DNA of 49,842 nt, filler included, from Fervidicoccaceae archaeon (GTDB lineage Archaea > Thermoproteota > Thermoprotei_A > Sulfolobales > Fervidicoccaceae), in the NCBI GenBank assembly GCA_038734945.1. It is 5 parts of 5 records of this genome, joined end to end, with 100 filler letters (N's around TTAATTAATTAA, not from the genome) between each part and the next. Parts side by side here need not be neighbours in the genome. Positions count along the whole stretch, not along the records: positions 1 to 17,858 come from JAVYOA010000004.1; positions 17,959 to 28,922 come from JAVYOA010000005.1; 3 more parts are not named here. One strand, given 5' to 3'. The translations under genes were made by a program, and so were the position numbers. Shown here in pieces: positions 10,034 through 20,550 of this stretch; the first letter of the stretch is position 1; each line of letters starts with the position of its first letter. The notes beneath the pieces are model-generated. The model was not told where the DNA came from, searched no databases, and saw only the letters and a list, made by a program, of their open reading frames with translations.

Positions 10034-10723
10034 ATGGGAACACAGTTGATATCTTTCTATGAAAGGAGGAAAAGCTTGGTAGAGAGGCTTAGGGCAGAGG
10101 GAATTCTGAAATCAGAGAAGGTCGAGAGAGCCTTTCTAAGAGTTCCTAGGGAGAAGTTCGTCCCTCCAGAGTACAGGGAGTATGCATACTTCGATGAGCC
10201 CCTTCCAATAGGCCTTGGACAGACAATCAGCGCACCCCACATGGTTGCAATAATGACCGAGGAGCTCAATGCTGAAGCCGGATGGCGTGTTCTTGAAATT
10301 GGAACGGGCAGCGGATATCAGGCAGCAATCTTGGCTGAAATTGTTGCACCAAGCGATGAGAGGAGGGAAAAGTGGGGTCACGTCTTCACTATTGAGAGAT
10401 TGGAGATGCTTGCTGAGCAGGCAAGAAAGAATATAGCATCATCAGGCTACGAGGATAGAATCACAGTCATAGTTGGAGATGGAAGCCTTGGATATGAGAA
10501 GGAGGCTCCATACGATGGCATCCTAGTAAGCGCTGCTGCCCCAAAAATTCCTAGGCCATTGATTGAGCAGCTTAAGGATGGGGGGAGAATGGTAATCCCA
10601 GTTGGGCACAGATACGTTCAGAGGCTTCATGTTGTGGAAAAGACTGGAGAAAGCATCAAAGTGAACGTAAAGGAACCCTGCGTGTTTGTCCCTCTAATAG
10701 GAAAAGAGGGCTTCAGCGAGTAG
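10034..10723 (+). CDS. pcm: protein-L-isoaspartate O-methyltransferase
   Basis: VPREKF, GQTISAPHMVA, VLEIGTGSGY, APYDGI, QLKDGGRMVIPVG, FVPL. Confidence 0.95.
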   Translation: MGTQLISFYERRKSLVERLRAEGILKSEKVERAFLRVPREKFVPPEYREYAYFDEPLPIGLGQTISAPHMVAIMTEELNAEAGWRVLEIGTGSGYQAAILAEIVAPSDERREKWGHVFTIERLEMLAEQARKNIASSGYEDRITVIVGDGSLGYEKEAPYDGILVSAAAPKIPRPLIEQLKDGGRMVIPVGHRYVQRLHVVEKTGESIKVNVKEPCVFVPLIGKEGFSE

Positions 10724-10728
10724 CATGT

Positions 10729-11772
10729 CTATTTGAACCAGGCATCAAGCCCCTTCTGCTTAGACCTGGATGCTGACTTTGCCTTCGTGAGTCTCTCAAT
10801 TGCTGAGCTAACCCTATCCGGGCTGAAATCGTGCTCCTCTATCAATATCCTCTTTATTTCCTCCTCCTTTGGCTCTCTCCATTCAATAGCATACTCCTTT
10901 GTTACCTCAGGAGATAGAAAATAATCATATATTTTTCTGTAGTCCACATCTCCGCTCGGAGGAAGGCTGTTCAGAGCCTCCTCTGCAGTTTCATAGCTCT
11001 TGACTATCTTCAGAGCCGTCTTCACTCCAACGCCCTTTATTCCATCTGGATTGTAGTCTGTACCGAGCATTATTCCTATTACTATCAGCTTCTTCCTGTC
11101 TATGCCGAGCTCCCTGTACAGCACTGATGCCTCAATTACCTCTGGCTTTATCTCTACATAGGCATCCTTCCTAGGGAGCTTTCTCTTCCCAGTTATGCCG
11201 AGATTCCTAACGAGCCTCGGCGAGCCGAAAAGAAGGCTGTCGTAGTCCTGGCTTCCAGCTGACCACGCATCCCCCCTACTTGCTATGTATGCAGCCTGTG
11301 CTTCCCCCTCTGCTGGTGCCTGAATTATGGGAATGCCCATGGCTCTGAGGAGCCTCTTCCCATCCTCTACCATCTCATCTGTTAGCCTGGTTGCCATTTG
11401 GGCATATATCCTTGCCTCCTCAATTCTGCTCTCTCTTATAGCTTCCCTGTACTTTTCCTCAGCCTCCTCCTTCCTCCTCTTCCTGCTCTGAAGCTCTTTT
11501 TCCTTCAAGCTTGGAGGCTTTCCATCAAAAACATAGACTGGCTTAATGCCAGCCTCAATTAGATTTATTGTTCTGTAGAAAAGACCGCTCAGGTGGCTTG
11601 TAACTCTTCCCCTGCTATCCATTAGCGGAGTGCCATCTGGCTGTCTTATGGCTGTTAGAAACTGGTAGAGCATGTTGTATGCATCTATTGCAATTGTCCT
11701 GTCTCTGAGCTCAGTGAGCTCTACTTCCCTTTTTGCGCTTTCCGGTATAAGCTCTCTCAGCTCTACTCCCAA
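10729..11772 (-). CDS. fen: flap endonuclease 1
   Basis: MGV start, IDAYNMLYQFL, VFDG, EGEAQAA, SQDYDSLLFG, GTDYN, C-terminal PIP box QKGLDAWF. Confidence 0.97.
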   Translation of the reverse strand: MGVELRELIPESAKREVELTELRDRTIAIDAYNMLYQFLTAIRQPDGTPLMDSRGRVTSHLSGLFYRTINLIEAGIKPVYVFDGKPPSLKEKELQSRKRRKEEAEEKYREAIRESRIEEARIYAQMATRLTDEMVEDGKRLLRAMGIPIIQAPAEGEAQAAYIASRGDAWSAGSQDYDSLLFGSPRLVRNLGITGKRKLPRKDAYVEIKPEVIEASVLYRELGIDRKKLIVIGIMLGTDYNPDGIKGVGVKTALKIVKSYETAEEALNSLPPSGDVDYRKIYDYFLSPEVTKEYAIEWREPKEEEIKRILIEEHDFSPDRVSSAIERLTKAKSASRSKQKGLDAWFK

Positions 11773-12020
11773 TTCTGCTCAGCTCTATCCCTTATGAGCT
11801 CCACCAATAGCTGATCCTCCTTTATTGAGGATACCCTGATGAGACCATTGAGCTCGAGCTTCATGAGAACCTTCAGAAATTCTGGATAGCTGAGCTCTGT
11901 AGCAGCGCTCACGGCCTCGTAAAGCTCCCTGTCTATGATCGATCCTCCCTTCAGGTTGAGCATTCTATATATGATTTCCTGAACTGGGAGGTTTCTCCAG
12001 GTCGTTCTCAACTCCTTCAT
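11763..12020 (-). CDS. small winged-helix-like conserved crenarchaeal protein
   Basis: 85 aa, coupled between cdc48 and fen; wHTH-like pattern EFLKVLMKLELNGLIRV. Confidence 0.65.
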   Translation of the reverse strand: MKELRTTWRNLPVQEIIYRMLNLKGGSIIDRELYEAVSAATELSYPEFLKVLMKLELNGLIRVSSIKEDQLLVELIRDRAEQNWE

Positions 12021-12045
12021 CCCCCCATTCTTTAAAAGCTCTTTT

Positions 12046-14262
12046 CTACGTGTAAGGCGCCGTCTCTACTGCCCTCCTCCTTATGTTCTGCCTCGACTGC
12101 TCGAACCACTTTATGTAGAACTCCACCATCTGCTTGTTTATGGACGGCTTCACTACCTGCAGAGCATCCTCGAAGTGCCTCATTGTAATTTCCTTCGTAT
12201 ATATGTCCTCTCTAAGCGCCCTGAGCCCTGCCTCCCTCACCAAAGCCTCTATGTCAGCCCCCGTATATCCTTCCGTTATCTCGGCAAGCTTGACTAGATC
12301 GACGTCCTTTGCAAGGGGCATGTTCTTCGTATGTATGCGGAATATCTCTATTCTCTCATCCTTATTTGGCGGAGGAATGTATATCAGCTTCTCTATTCTT
12401 CCTGGCCTTATCAGAGCTGGATCCACTATGTCAGGTCTATTAGTAGCTGCTAGCACTATAACGTTGTCCAGGCTTTCTATTCCATCAAGCTCAGTTAGCA
12501 GCTGACTCACTACCCTCTCCGTTACATAGGCATCAGAAGACACCCCTCTTATTGGCGTGAGGGCATCAAGTTCATCGAAGAAGACAATGACTGGAGAGTA
12601 CTGCCTTGCCCTCCTGAATATCTCCCTTATTGCCTTCTCGCTCTCTCCAACCCACTTGCTCAATATTTCTGGACCTCTAACTGCTATGAAGTTGGCCTCA
12701 CTCTCAGTTGCTGCTGCCTTGGCAAGCATTGTCTTCCCAGTTCCAGGAGGACCGAACAGGAGGATCCCCTTCGGCGGCCTGATTCCCAGCCTCCTGAATG
12801 ACTCCGGATACTTGAGGGGCCACTCAACTGCCTCCCTAAGCTGCTGCTTCGCTTCCTCCAGCCCTCCTATATCGCTCCATCTCACGTTTGGCACTTCAAC
12901 ATATATCTCTCTGAATCCGCTCGGCACTATCTCCTTGAAGGCTTCCATGAAGTCGCTCATCTTCACTACCATGCTGTTGAGAACTTCTTCCGGAATCTTC
13001 TCACTGCTGAAATCTATCTGCGGCATGTATCTCCTGAGGGCATGCATTGCTGCTTCTCTGGCCAGAGCTGCAAGGTCAGCTCCAGTGTAGCCATGGGTTA
13101 TGTCAGCGAGCTTCTCGAGATCAACCTTCTCTCTGGGATCGCTGGACTCGAGCGGCATATTCCTTGTATGTATTTGAAGTATCTCCAGCCTTCCCTGCCT
13201 GTCAGGCAGAGGAATCTCTATTTCTCTGTCAAATCTTCCCGGCCTTCTGAGAGCAGGATCAACTGCATTTGGCCTATTTGTAGCTGCTATTACTACAACA
13301 TCTCCTCTTGCCTCCAGACCATCCATGAGCGCAAGGAGCTGGGCAACAACCCTCCTCTCAACCTCCCCAACAACCTCATCTCTCTTTGGAGCTATAGCAT
13401 CGATCTCGTCTATGAATATTATTGTTGGTGCATGCTTCTTTGCCTCCTCAAAAATCTCCCTAAGCCTCTGCTCGCTCTCTCCATAGAACTTGCTCATTAT
13501 CTCAGGACCGTTTATTGAAATGAAGTAGGACTGCGTTTCGTTGGCAACTGCCTTTGCAAGCAGGGTCTTTCCGGTGCCCGGTGGACCATATAGGAGGACA
13601 CCCTTAGGTGGATCTATTCCCAGCCTCTTGAACACCTCAGGATACTTGAGAGGAAGCTCTATCAGCTCTCTTACCCTCTGTATTACGTTCTTGAGCCCTC
13701 CAATATCCTCATAGGTAACTCTGGGCATTCTCCCAGGCTCGATCGGCTTATCAAGCACCTTCACATCTGTTTCAGCAGTAACTATCACGACACCAAGCGG
13801 CTTTGTCTGAACAACAGTGAATGGAATTGCCTGCCCCAGGACGGGAATCAGAATCGTATCCTCCTCAACAAGTGGATAATCAACCAGCCTCCTCTTCACA
13901 TAGCTGACAAAGCTCTCCTCTATCTGAATATTGAAGCTGCTCGGAGCAAGCTTCACGGATTGAGCAGGCTTTGGATTTGCCTTTCTGACTATTACCTTGT
14001 CTCCTATACCAACTCCAGCGTTCTTTCTGACAAGGCCATCCATCCTTATTATATCCATGCCTTGATCCTCAGTGTAGTTTGGCCAGGCAACTGCTGCAGT
14101 CTTTCTCTTCCCCTCGATTTCCACAATGTCTCCAGGCTCCACCCCAATCGACTTAAGCAGTCCAAGATCTATTCTCACTTTTCCCCTGCCAACATCCTTC
14201 TGTTTAGCCTCAGCAACTCTGAGAACAAGCTCCTTTCTCTCGCTGCCCTCACTCATTTGCAA
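12046..14262 (-). CDS. cdc48: CDC48/VCP family AAA ATPase
   Basis: N-domain plus two AAA modules (GPPGTGKT twice, IDEID and FDELD, second region of homology ALRRPGRFD); C-terminus ...PYT. Confidence 0.96.
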   Translation of the reverse strand: MQMSEGSERKELVLRVAEAKQKDVGRGKVRIDLGLLKSIGVEPGDIVEIEGKRKTAAVAWPNYTEDQGMDIIRMDGLVRKNAGVGIGDKVIVRKANPKPAQSVKLAPSSFNIQIEESFVSYVKRRLVDYPLVEEDTILIPVLGQAIPFTVVQTKPLGVVIVTAETDVKVLDKPIEPGRMPRVTYEDIGGLKNVIQRVRELIELPLKYPEVFKRLGIDPPKGVLLYGPPGTGKTLLAKAVANETQSYFISINGPEIMSKFYGESEQRLREIFEEAKKHAPTIIFIDEIDAIAPKRDEVVGEVERRVVAQLLALMDGLEARGDVVVIAATNRPNAVDPALRRPGRFDREIEIPLPDRQGRLEILQIHTRNMPLESSDPREKVDLEKLADITHGYTGADLAALAREAAMHALRRYMPQIDFSSEKIPEEVLNSMVVKMSDFMEAFKEIVPSGFREIYVEVPNVRWSDIGGLEEAKQQLREAVEWPLKYPESFRRLGIRPPKGILLFGPPGTGKTMLAKAAATESEANFIAVRGPEILSKWVGESEKAIREIFRRARQYSPVIVFFDELDALTPIRGVSSDAYVTERVVSQLLTELDGIESLDNVIVLAATNRPDIVDPALIRPGRIEKLIYIPPPNKDERIEIFRIHTKNMPLAKDVDLVKLAEITEGYTGADIEALVREAGLRALREDIYTKEITMRHFEDALQVVKPSINKQMVEFYIKWFEQSRQNIRRRAVETAPYT

Positions 14263-14356
14263 AATTCACCTTCTAGAAATATGTGCACTATATTCCTTTT
14301 TCATATTTTTCCCCAAGTTAATATGATTTCTCAAAATATTTCCTCATTTCTTTAGG

Positions 14357-14432
14357 TGCGGCGGCCGGGATTTGAACCCGGGATCACCGGCTTGGAAGGC
14401 CGACGTCCTAGTCCAGGCTAGACGACCGCCGC
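14357..14432 (-). tRNA. tRNA-Gly (anticodon TCC)
   Basis: Minus strand GCGGCGGTCGTCTAGCCTGGACTAGGACGTCGGCCTTCCAAGCCGGTGATCCCGGGTTCAAATCCCGGCCGCCGCA; anticodon loop CT-TCC-AA. Confidence 0.96.
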
Positions 14433-14470
14433 TCGCAGTGAATAATAAAACTACTCCCTTATAATTTTTG

Positions 14471-15034
14471 CTACACTTTTTTATTCTCTCCTCCCATCCT
14501 CTCTCCATATCTGTTGAGAAATACCAATTCATCCAGGCTCTTTCTAGGCCTGGGTTTTGGAGTTTCAGCAGGATAACCCATTGCAACTATCGCAATTGGG
14601 ATGATATCAGGAGGCAGAGATAGCAGCTCTGAGATCTTCTCAATATCCCTAAGAGCCTGTATCCAAACGGTCCCTATACCATAGGCATGAGCAGCAAGCA
14701 TCAAGTAAATTGTGGCGTTTGCACAATCAAGCATATACGAGGTTGGAGACAGCCTTTTATCGCATGCTACTGCTATTCCAAGAGGGGCTTCCCTCAATGG
14801 ATATGCATAGGGATGAATTCGGGAGAGCTCTTCCTTCAGAGACTTCTCCCTCACAACTATGAATATCCATGGCTGCGAATTCCTCGCGCTCGGTGCATAT
14901 CTTGCTGCATAGAGTATTTTCTCTATCAGCTCATCATCTATATTCTCCTGAGTGAACCTCCTCACGCTCCTCCTTGAAATTAGAAACTCTATTTTTTCCT
15001 CTGCTTCATTGGGAAAAGCTTTCACTTTTGCCAC
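14471..15034 (-). CDS. nitroreductase family protein
   Basis: RRSVRRF, APSARNSQPW, LAAHAYGIGTVW, MGYP, RK. Confidence 0.93.
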   Translation of the reverse strand: MAKVKAFPNEAEEKIEFLISRRSVRRFTQENIDDELIEKILYAARYAPSARNSQPWIFIVVREKSLKEELSRIHPYAYPLREAPLGIAVACDKRLSPTSYMLDCANATIYLMLAAHAYGIGTVWIQALRDIEKISELLSLPPDIIPIAIVAMGYPAETPKPRPRKSLDELVFLNRYGERMGGENKKV

Positions 15035-15134
15035 CAGAATAAAAATTCATGAGAGCTTCCTTTGAAGCCCAATCTCTTCCTTTTGCTTTTATAATATTAT
15101 ATTTATGCTTCAACAGAAAGCATGATAGGGAAAA

Positions 15135-16055
15135 TCATCTCGATGATAGGCAGATGAGGGCCTTCCTCACAGCATCAACTGCTGAGCTGGAGAATATGTA
15201 CAGAACTGGCTCAATCCCATATCCTCCCAGGTCAGCTATAGCATCGGGTGGGGTGCCCATCCTATTCAGAGCACTTTCGAAATCCTTGAGAAGCGAAATG
15301 AGATCAGAGTGCGGCCCTACTTCAAAAACAGCATAATTTTCCCTTTTCATAGCTTCAATGCATTCTCTGCTGTATTTTGCTACGAATGCTGCTGAGACCG
15401 ATGGAAATTTTCTTTTTGCAAGCAGAAGTATGCTTCCTGTATGTCTGCTCCCTCCCCTCACAGGTTCCCCAAGGGCCTCAACCCTTCCACCAGCATTGAC
15501 GAGCTTTCCCGAATATCCCACAACTTCCTCCACAGCTGTTGCTGAGAAGCTAGCTGCCACTATATTCGAGCCGACTTCAGGAATTATATCCGAAGCGTTT
15601 GGAACAGATCTAAGCAGCTCGAACGCAGCCTTTATCTCTTCCACAATTGGATCACTTTCAACTAGGAATATTTTCATGCATATGTCGCAGCTTGCTGGAA
15701 CATCCCGAGAGATCCTCTTATGAAAACTGCAGAGCTGCCCTGTTCTCAAAATAAAATTGAAATAGGAGCTCATCATGCTGAGGTACTCATCCCTTTTCCC
15801 CTCATACAGCTTGCTGGATGCCAGCTCGACTATTCTCCTGACATCCTCTTTCTTCAAGCCAATATTCTCCAGATCTTCATAGTAATCCTCCTCTGGCTTG
15901 CTCAGCAGCTTGTTTATCATTGGCTGGGATAGGCCCATGAGCTTTGCTGTTCTGAATTGCCCAACCCCCTTTTCAACAAGATTTTTTGCAATAAGCCCCC
16001 TGACTTCTGGAGCTACATGCTTGCTGACTAACTCATGGGGAAGCATTTCAGACAT
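15135..16055 (-). CDS. HTH + ThiN (thiamine-phosphate synthase-like) domain transcriptional regulator, ThiR-like
   Basis: N-terminal HTH (AKLMGLSQPMINK), CSFH...CDIC, ThiN motifs IIPEVGSN, GGSRH, DLGGYGIEP. Confidence 0.8.
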   Translation of the reverse strand: MSEMLPHELVSKHVAPEVRGLIAKNLVEKGVGQFRTAKLMGLSQPMINKLLSKPEEDYYEDLENIGLKKEDVRRIVELASSKLYEGKRDEYLSMMSSYFNFILRTGQLCSFHKRISRDVPASCDICMKIFLVESDPIVEEIKAAFELLRSVPNASDIIPEVGSNIVAASFSATAVEEVVGYSGKLVNAGGRVEALGEPVRGGSRHTGSILLLAKRKFPSVSAAFVAKYSRECIEAMKRENYAVFEVGPHSDLISLLKDFESALNRMGTPPDAIADLGGYGIEPVLYIFSSSAVDAVRKALICLSSR

Positions 16056-16184
16056 CTCATTTCCATTATCAAATAATTATTATCATAACTCGGTTATTAC
16101 TATTTCCCTATATGCTGAGGAAAAAAGCTGCTGTATAAAAGCATTTAAATCGAATGCTTTTCTTTTAATTTAGGGAAAAAAGCA

Positions 16185-17858
16185 ATGGATCCAATGCTAT
16201 CCCTCATAGTTTTGCTGACATTCACCGGGATATTTGCTTCCCTCTTTCAGAGAATTGGGATAAATAGGGTAATCGGCTACCTATTCGGAGGAATAGTCGT
16301 CTATGCATTGAATCAATTTGGAAAAATATCGATAGACCTTCAGTACACAGAGCCGCTCAAGCAAATAGGGCTGATCCTCTTTTTCTTCGAAGTAGGCTCA
16401 ATGTTCAAGATTTCAGAGATGAAGCAGAATTTTACCAGGGTTCTCTCAGCAGAGCTCGTCGCTCTAACTGTCTATTGGATCAGCGCGAGCTTCCTCTCTT
16501 TTCTTCTCTTCTCCTCCGAGCTCGAAAAGCTCGTTCTATTCCTCCTTCTAACAAACTGCTCTACTGCATCCATTGTTGCTCTCCTGTCGAAAAGAGAATT
16601 TGAGAGCCTCATACCAATAGCTGCATTCCAAACATCGCTGGAGGACATGATTCAGTTCTTCCTCTTCTCCATGATTTTGACAGTTGGCTCCTCTCCTCTC
16701 ACGCTTCAAGATGTGGTTCTCTCCTTGATTAAGCTCTCCGGCTCTGCCCTCTTTCTCTACTTTCTCAGCACGAGAGCGCTTAGAAGGCTTCAAGGAAGCT
16801 CATTCCTAGGCAATCCAACCAACAAGTTTCTCCTAGCTCTGTTGATGGCTCTCCTATTCTCAACAATATCGGATGCGATGGGGCTCCCCTCCTTCTTCGG
16901 AGCATTCATAGCAGGTCTATCCTTCAATGCCTCAATAGGAAAGCAGGGAATAGGGGAAATGACTGAGGGGCTGTGGGAGCTTGGGCTTCTTTTCTATTTC
17001 TCCTCCATAGGCTCAGAGTTGGTCAGCATTCTATCCATGGAGAGCTGGATGTTCATGATAGGTGCTGGAATAGCTTTCGGCATCATGTCCTTTGTAATAA
17101 GATCTGTGGCACTATCTGTGGGAGAAATGATGGGAGGAGTGCCTCTGGAGAGCTCAGTGAAAATTTCATTTATACTCTCAACCCTGAGCGAGAATGGAAT
17201 CATTTTCACTGAAATGCTTGGCACGAAAGGAATAATTTCTCCATCCCTCACAGGAATTTCAATTACAGCAGTAATATCATCGCTTCTCCTTCAATCTCAG
17301 ATACTCAGCAGAACGGAAGCTCTATCATCTTTGGCTATCAGAGCTGTTCCAGGACCCCTTCTTGAGAAGATGGCCCACATCTCGAAGCTGTACTATCTCA
17401 GTGTTGATTCAGCACTTCGAATATTCACCATAACCTCCTATTTCTTCGCCTCTCTGCTTGCTATAACTTACTCAATAGATGCTCTGCAGGCTGTGCTCCA
17501 GAGAATAGAGCCAGGCAGCCTCGGCAAAAACGCCATATTAATAGCATCTCTTCTGAGGAGTGCAGGTATTGTTGCTGTACTGATAATTTTCTTCTTCTCA
17601 ATGAGATCCCTGTACAGGCTTAATCTGGAGGGAAGAGCGATTGGTGAGGAATCCTTGAGAAAGCTCAAAGGAGCAATAGGGATTCTCGCCTCAGCTATAG
17701 CAATTGCTGTACAGGCAAACATACTTAAGGACGTGCTGTCCAATTTTGGAATGCAGATAATTGGGCCGCTTGAGCTCATCATAGTATTCCTCTCCATTGC
17801 TGCTATTGCCCTCAATATATTCCTTGCCTGGAAATATAGGCCAAGAAATTCGGATGCA
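16185..17858 (+). CDS. cation:proton antiporter (CPA2/Kef-type), cut by the contig end
   Basis: Many TM segments; GYLFGG, LFFFEVG, LEDM, FGAFIAG. Confidence 0.8.
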
Positions 17859-17958
17859 NNNNNNNNNNNNNNNNNNNNNNNNNNNNNNNNNNNNNNNNNN
17901 NNTTAATTAATTAANNNNNNNNNNNNNNNNNNNNNNNNNNNNNNNNNNNNNNNNNNNN
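17859..17958. other. artificial contig spacer (44 N, TTAATTAATTAA, 44 N)
   Basis: Stop-in-all-frames linker flanked by Ns. Confidence 0.98.
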
Positions 17959-18107
17959 TCATCAAACGTCATCTTAATGACGCCGGATAACTCATATGGC
18001 GGATCCTGTTTAATCTCTTTATTCTCATTAACTGAAAAAATAGAAGACGGACTTATGAAACGAGACGCACCCGTGCGGGTGCTATCATTCACTTTTTGCG
18101 ATTGCAT
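17959..18107 (-). CDS. viral terminal-repeat protein (partial; copy of 44498-44809)
   Basis: MQSQKVNDSTRTGASRF nearly identical to the 103-aa ORF; TTAAATA box about 25 nt upstream of the ATG (leaderless). Confidence 0.7.
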
Positions 18108-18153
18108 GACAATAACTAGATCGTTGAGGTATTTAAGCGTTACGGTTCGCTAG
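17959..18153. repeat. inner part of a putative inverted terminal repeat; copy of 44661-44855
   Basis: 195 bp aligned without gaps, 9 mismatches by manual count; homology ends abruptly after ...GGTTCGCTAG. Confidence 0.85.
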
Positions 18154-18559
18154 GGAGAGAAGCTAACGCTTGCTTAAGTAAGTATAGTGCCTGTCCTTTT
18201 GTGTCTTTGAATTTTTTCACATTAATGTAAACGTGAACCTCATCAGGGTTATCATCATTTATTTCCACAACTACGTAACTGTAAGGTGTTCCCCACAAAA
18301 TAGCAATTCTCAAAGCATAACCATTGATAAACAGTTCTTTCACATATTCACCATTAAATGACCCTTGCGATTCCAAAAACTCATAAGCGAATTCTAGAAA
18401 AGGTCTAATCTGTCTAGCTGTTTCTTCAGAGATCGGATAGCATTGATTTGTTTCACAATCACTAGTTAAACGTGGAAGAATGCGAGAGGGTACCGCTAGA
18501 TAAATATCCTCTTTGTCATCATATGCGAGTACAAAGCCGAATGAACGATCCACTGGCAT
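18140..18559 (-). CDS. viral hypothetical protein (139 aa)
   Basis: Clean ORF with a TTTAAA box upstream; its stop lies inside the repeat. Confidence 0.7.
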   Translation of the reverse strand: MPVDRSFGFVLAYDDKEDIYLAVPSRILPRLTSDCETNQCYPISEETARQIRPFLEFAYEFLESQGSFNGEYVKELFINGYALRIAILWGTPYSYVVVEINDDNPDEVHVYINVKKFKDTKGQALYLLKQALASLPSEP

Positions 18560-19137
18560 ATCTTAGTACAATTTAAAAGAATAAGATGGTTCGAACTACG
18601 AACATTTAGAATTTATCTTCATTAACAATTACAACGCACATCAGGGAAATCAATTATCAGTTTTTGCAACGTGATTTTTCGCCTTAACGGGGTACCCCCA
18701 CCCCCCTCCTCCCCGATTTTTCGTTTGACGTGTGAATCACAAAAACGCCCTCAAAAACAACGTTTGATAAAAATTCAGTCACGTCAACTGAGTATTTACT
18801 CATCTCACTCTCTCTTTCACATTGTAACAGATCCGTGATGATTCTCGTTTTTCCGATAGATCAAACTCGCAACTGAGTCAATTGATTTACGTTAAGAGTG
18901 ACAAATTGTAATGACATGGTAACATTGATACCCTTTCAAAAAGTTAGAAGTAGATAATTACTAAGTACGAGTTTATAACTAAACAGTTGGAGACTCAAAC
19001 TAGCACAACGTGAGTTTATCCACTTGACTACGTGGTTAAACTAGTTTTTCGCACCAACAACATCCTAGCGGTCGAACTTGATAATTCAGTTCAAAGTAAG
19101 AAGGCTGAAAAATACTACTTAAGTAAAGATAACACAT

Positions 19138-19311
19138 ATGAATAACTGTTTAAAACTCGTGAGGGGTAAGAAATTTATTAAAAAATCGTTTGATTACGGA
19201 TTTTATCAACGAAACTACTATTTCACACCTGACGAGATAGTGATCGAAGATGTTAGGCACGAAGACAAAGCTGTGACTTGTGATAAAATGCGATTGACGC
19301 CACCTAAATGA
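19138..19311 (+). CDS. small viral hypothetical protein (57 aa)
   Basis: Manual translation MNNCLKLVRGKKFIKKSFDYGFYQRNYYFTPDEIVIEDVRHEDKAVTCDKMRLTPPK; below the track cutoff. Confidence 0.45.
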   Translation: MNNCLKLVRGKKFIKKSFDYGFYQRNYYFTPDEIVIEDVRHEDKAVTCDKMRLTPPK

Positions 19312-19431
19312 GTGACATGATAAGCACCGCATCCGAAATGACAAAGATTATCGTAAGAATGATCAGGACGTTAAGAAATGTAGGATGCGATACAATGTAA
19401 CTACTCTTTGACGCTAGATAATTTCTTGCAC

Positions 19432-19755
19432 TCATGTCTTAGGTTGATTTAAATCAAGTTCGTTTATCTCATAGAAGTGCCGATAATAAAGTATCATTTT
19501 TCCGCTTTTAGTATGAATAAGCCTTCTATTTATCGCCTTTATGTCATTAAATCTAATTCTATCGCTAGGTTTGACATCAAACGGTTTTGACGCTAGAACG
19601 TAGAAAATGTTGTTTTGCCTTACGTCAACCACACGGTGCAAGAAAAACTTATCACTTTTGAAAACCTGAACGTAAGGACTTTCGTAAAGCTTCTTTTCCA
19701 CTTTTACACAAAGCTTAGTTAACTCCTCGAATGTTCCAACAAAGTACGTTTTCAT
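19432..19755 (-). CDS. viral hypothetical protein (107 aa)
   Basis: ORF with typical viral composition. Confidence 0.65.
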   Translation of the reverse strand: MKTYFVGTFEELTKLCVKVEKKLYESPYVQVFKSDKFFLHRVVDVRQNNIFYVLASKPFDVKPSDRIRFNDIKAINRRLIHTKSGKMILYYRHFYEINELDLNQPKT

Positions 19756-19796
19756 GCTAATCGTAAATGATCATTAAATTAAATTCACTGAGATAG

Positions 19797-20024
19797 TCAG
19801 TTTTGAATCTTAGTCCTCGCTGATAAAACGTCTGTAGTATCTTCTCGTATGTTTTGTGATCCACATCCAAGTAAATCATAATCTAGCAACGAAAAAATAG
19901 CGTAGTTTCCCCTTGACTTTCTGTAGTAACCTTTAAGATAACTAAATCCGTGAGCTTTCATAATCTCGTCGAACTTCTTCCTAGTGAGTCTCTTAACACC
20001 TAGCTCCTTTCTGTATTTCTTCAT
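19797..20024 (-). CDS. small basic viral protein
   Basis: Likely start MKKYRKELG (ATG 20024), overlapping the end of the nuclease gene. Confidence 0.5.
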   Translation of the reverse strand: MKKYRKELGVKRLTRKKFDEIMKAHGFSYLKGYYRKSRGNYAIFSLLDYDLLGCGSQNIREDTTDVLSARTKIQN

Positions 20025-20526
20025 TATTAGGAACGCCACCCGAGAGTTTACTATTTTGGCTGAAAATAGTTTTTCTAACTGTGACGTAAGTTGAGACAAT
20101 TTTTTCCACCTCACTACTCGTTAATGGGTACAATTTTAAAATTCTTCTTGGAGTTAGCAAGTAAAGATCGTAGTACCCGCCTAGTAACCATCTATAGATC
20201 GAAAGTTGTACTCGAGCAAACTCCTTTGCGTTTTCTGATGATTTTATTTCAAATATCTCATTTTGTGACATAAGATCAACCCGTCCCTTTATTATGAAGT
20301 CATCATACTGCGCCGATACAGGAACCTCTATCTTTGCCTCTGGAATTGACTTAGCTATAATCGCTTGCACTCCCGCATGTAACCATGATCCCGCCCGTAA
20401 AATATCAGGTGGCGGTAGCGTGGTGTTCAAGTGGTAACTAACAATCTCGCTAACGTAGATAACATTTGACGGCGGTGTAAACGTTTTTGTTTCATACAAC
20501 TGATTTAATTTATTTATGATTGACAT
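19993..20526 (-). CDS. Cas4-like / RecB-family PD-(D/E)xK nuclease
   Basis: IYVSEI, GSWLH, IEVPV, IKGRVDL, IFEIKS, QLSIY: RecB-type motifs II and III plus QxxxY. Confidence 0.82.
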   Translation of the reverse strand: MSIINKLNQLYETKTFTPPSNVIYVSEIVSYHLNTTLPPPDILRAGSWLHAGVQAIIAKSIPEAKIEVPVSAQYDDFIIKGRVDLMSQNEIFEIKSSENAKEFARVQLSIYRWLLGGYYDLYLLTPRRILKLYPLTSSEVEKIVSTYVTVRKTIFSQNSKLSGGVPNNEEIQKGARC

Positions 20527-20550
20527 GATTTTAAACTACTCATCTAGATT

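Noticed and set aside
12134..14355. Several plus-strand ORFs of 66-177 aa
   Set aside because: Antisense to cdc48, with no motifs
14344..14586. 80-aa minus-strand ORF
   Set aside because: Overlaps tRNA-Gly and the nitroreductase end; spurious
17859..17958. TTAATTAATTAA motif recurring four times between N runs
   Set aside because: Artificial contig linker. ORFs containing X runs and any gene adjacency across the linkers are not biological.
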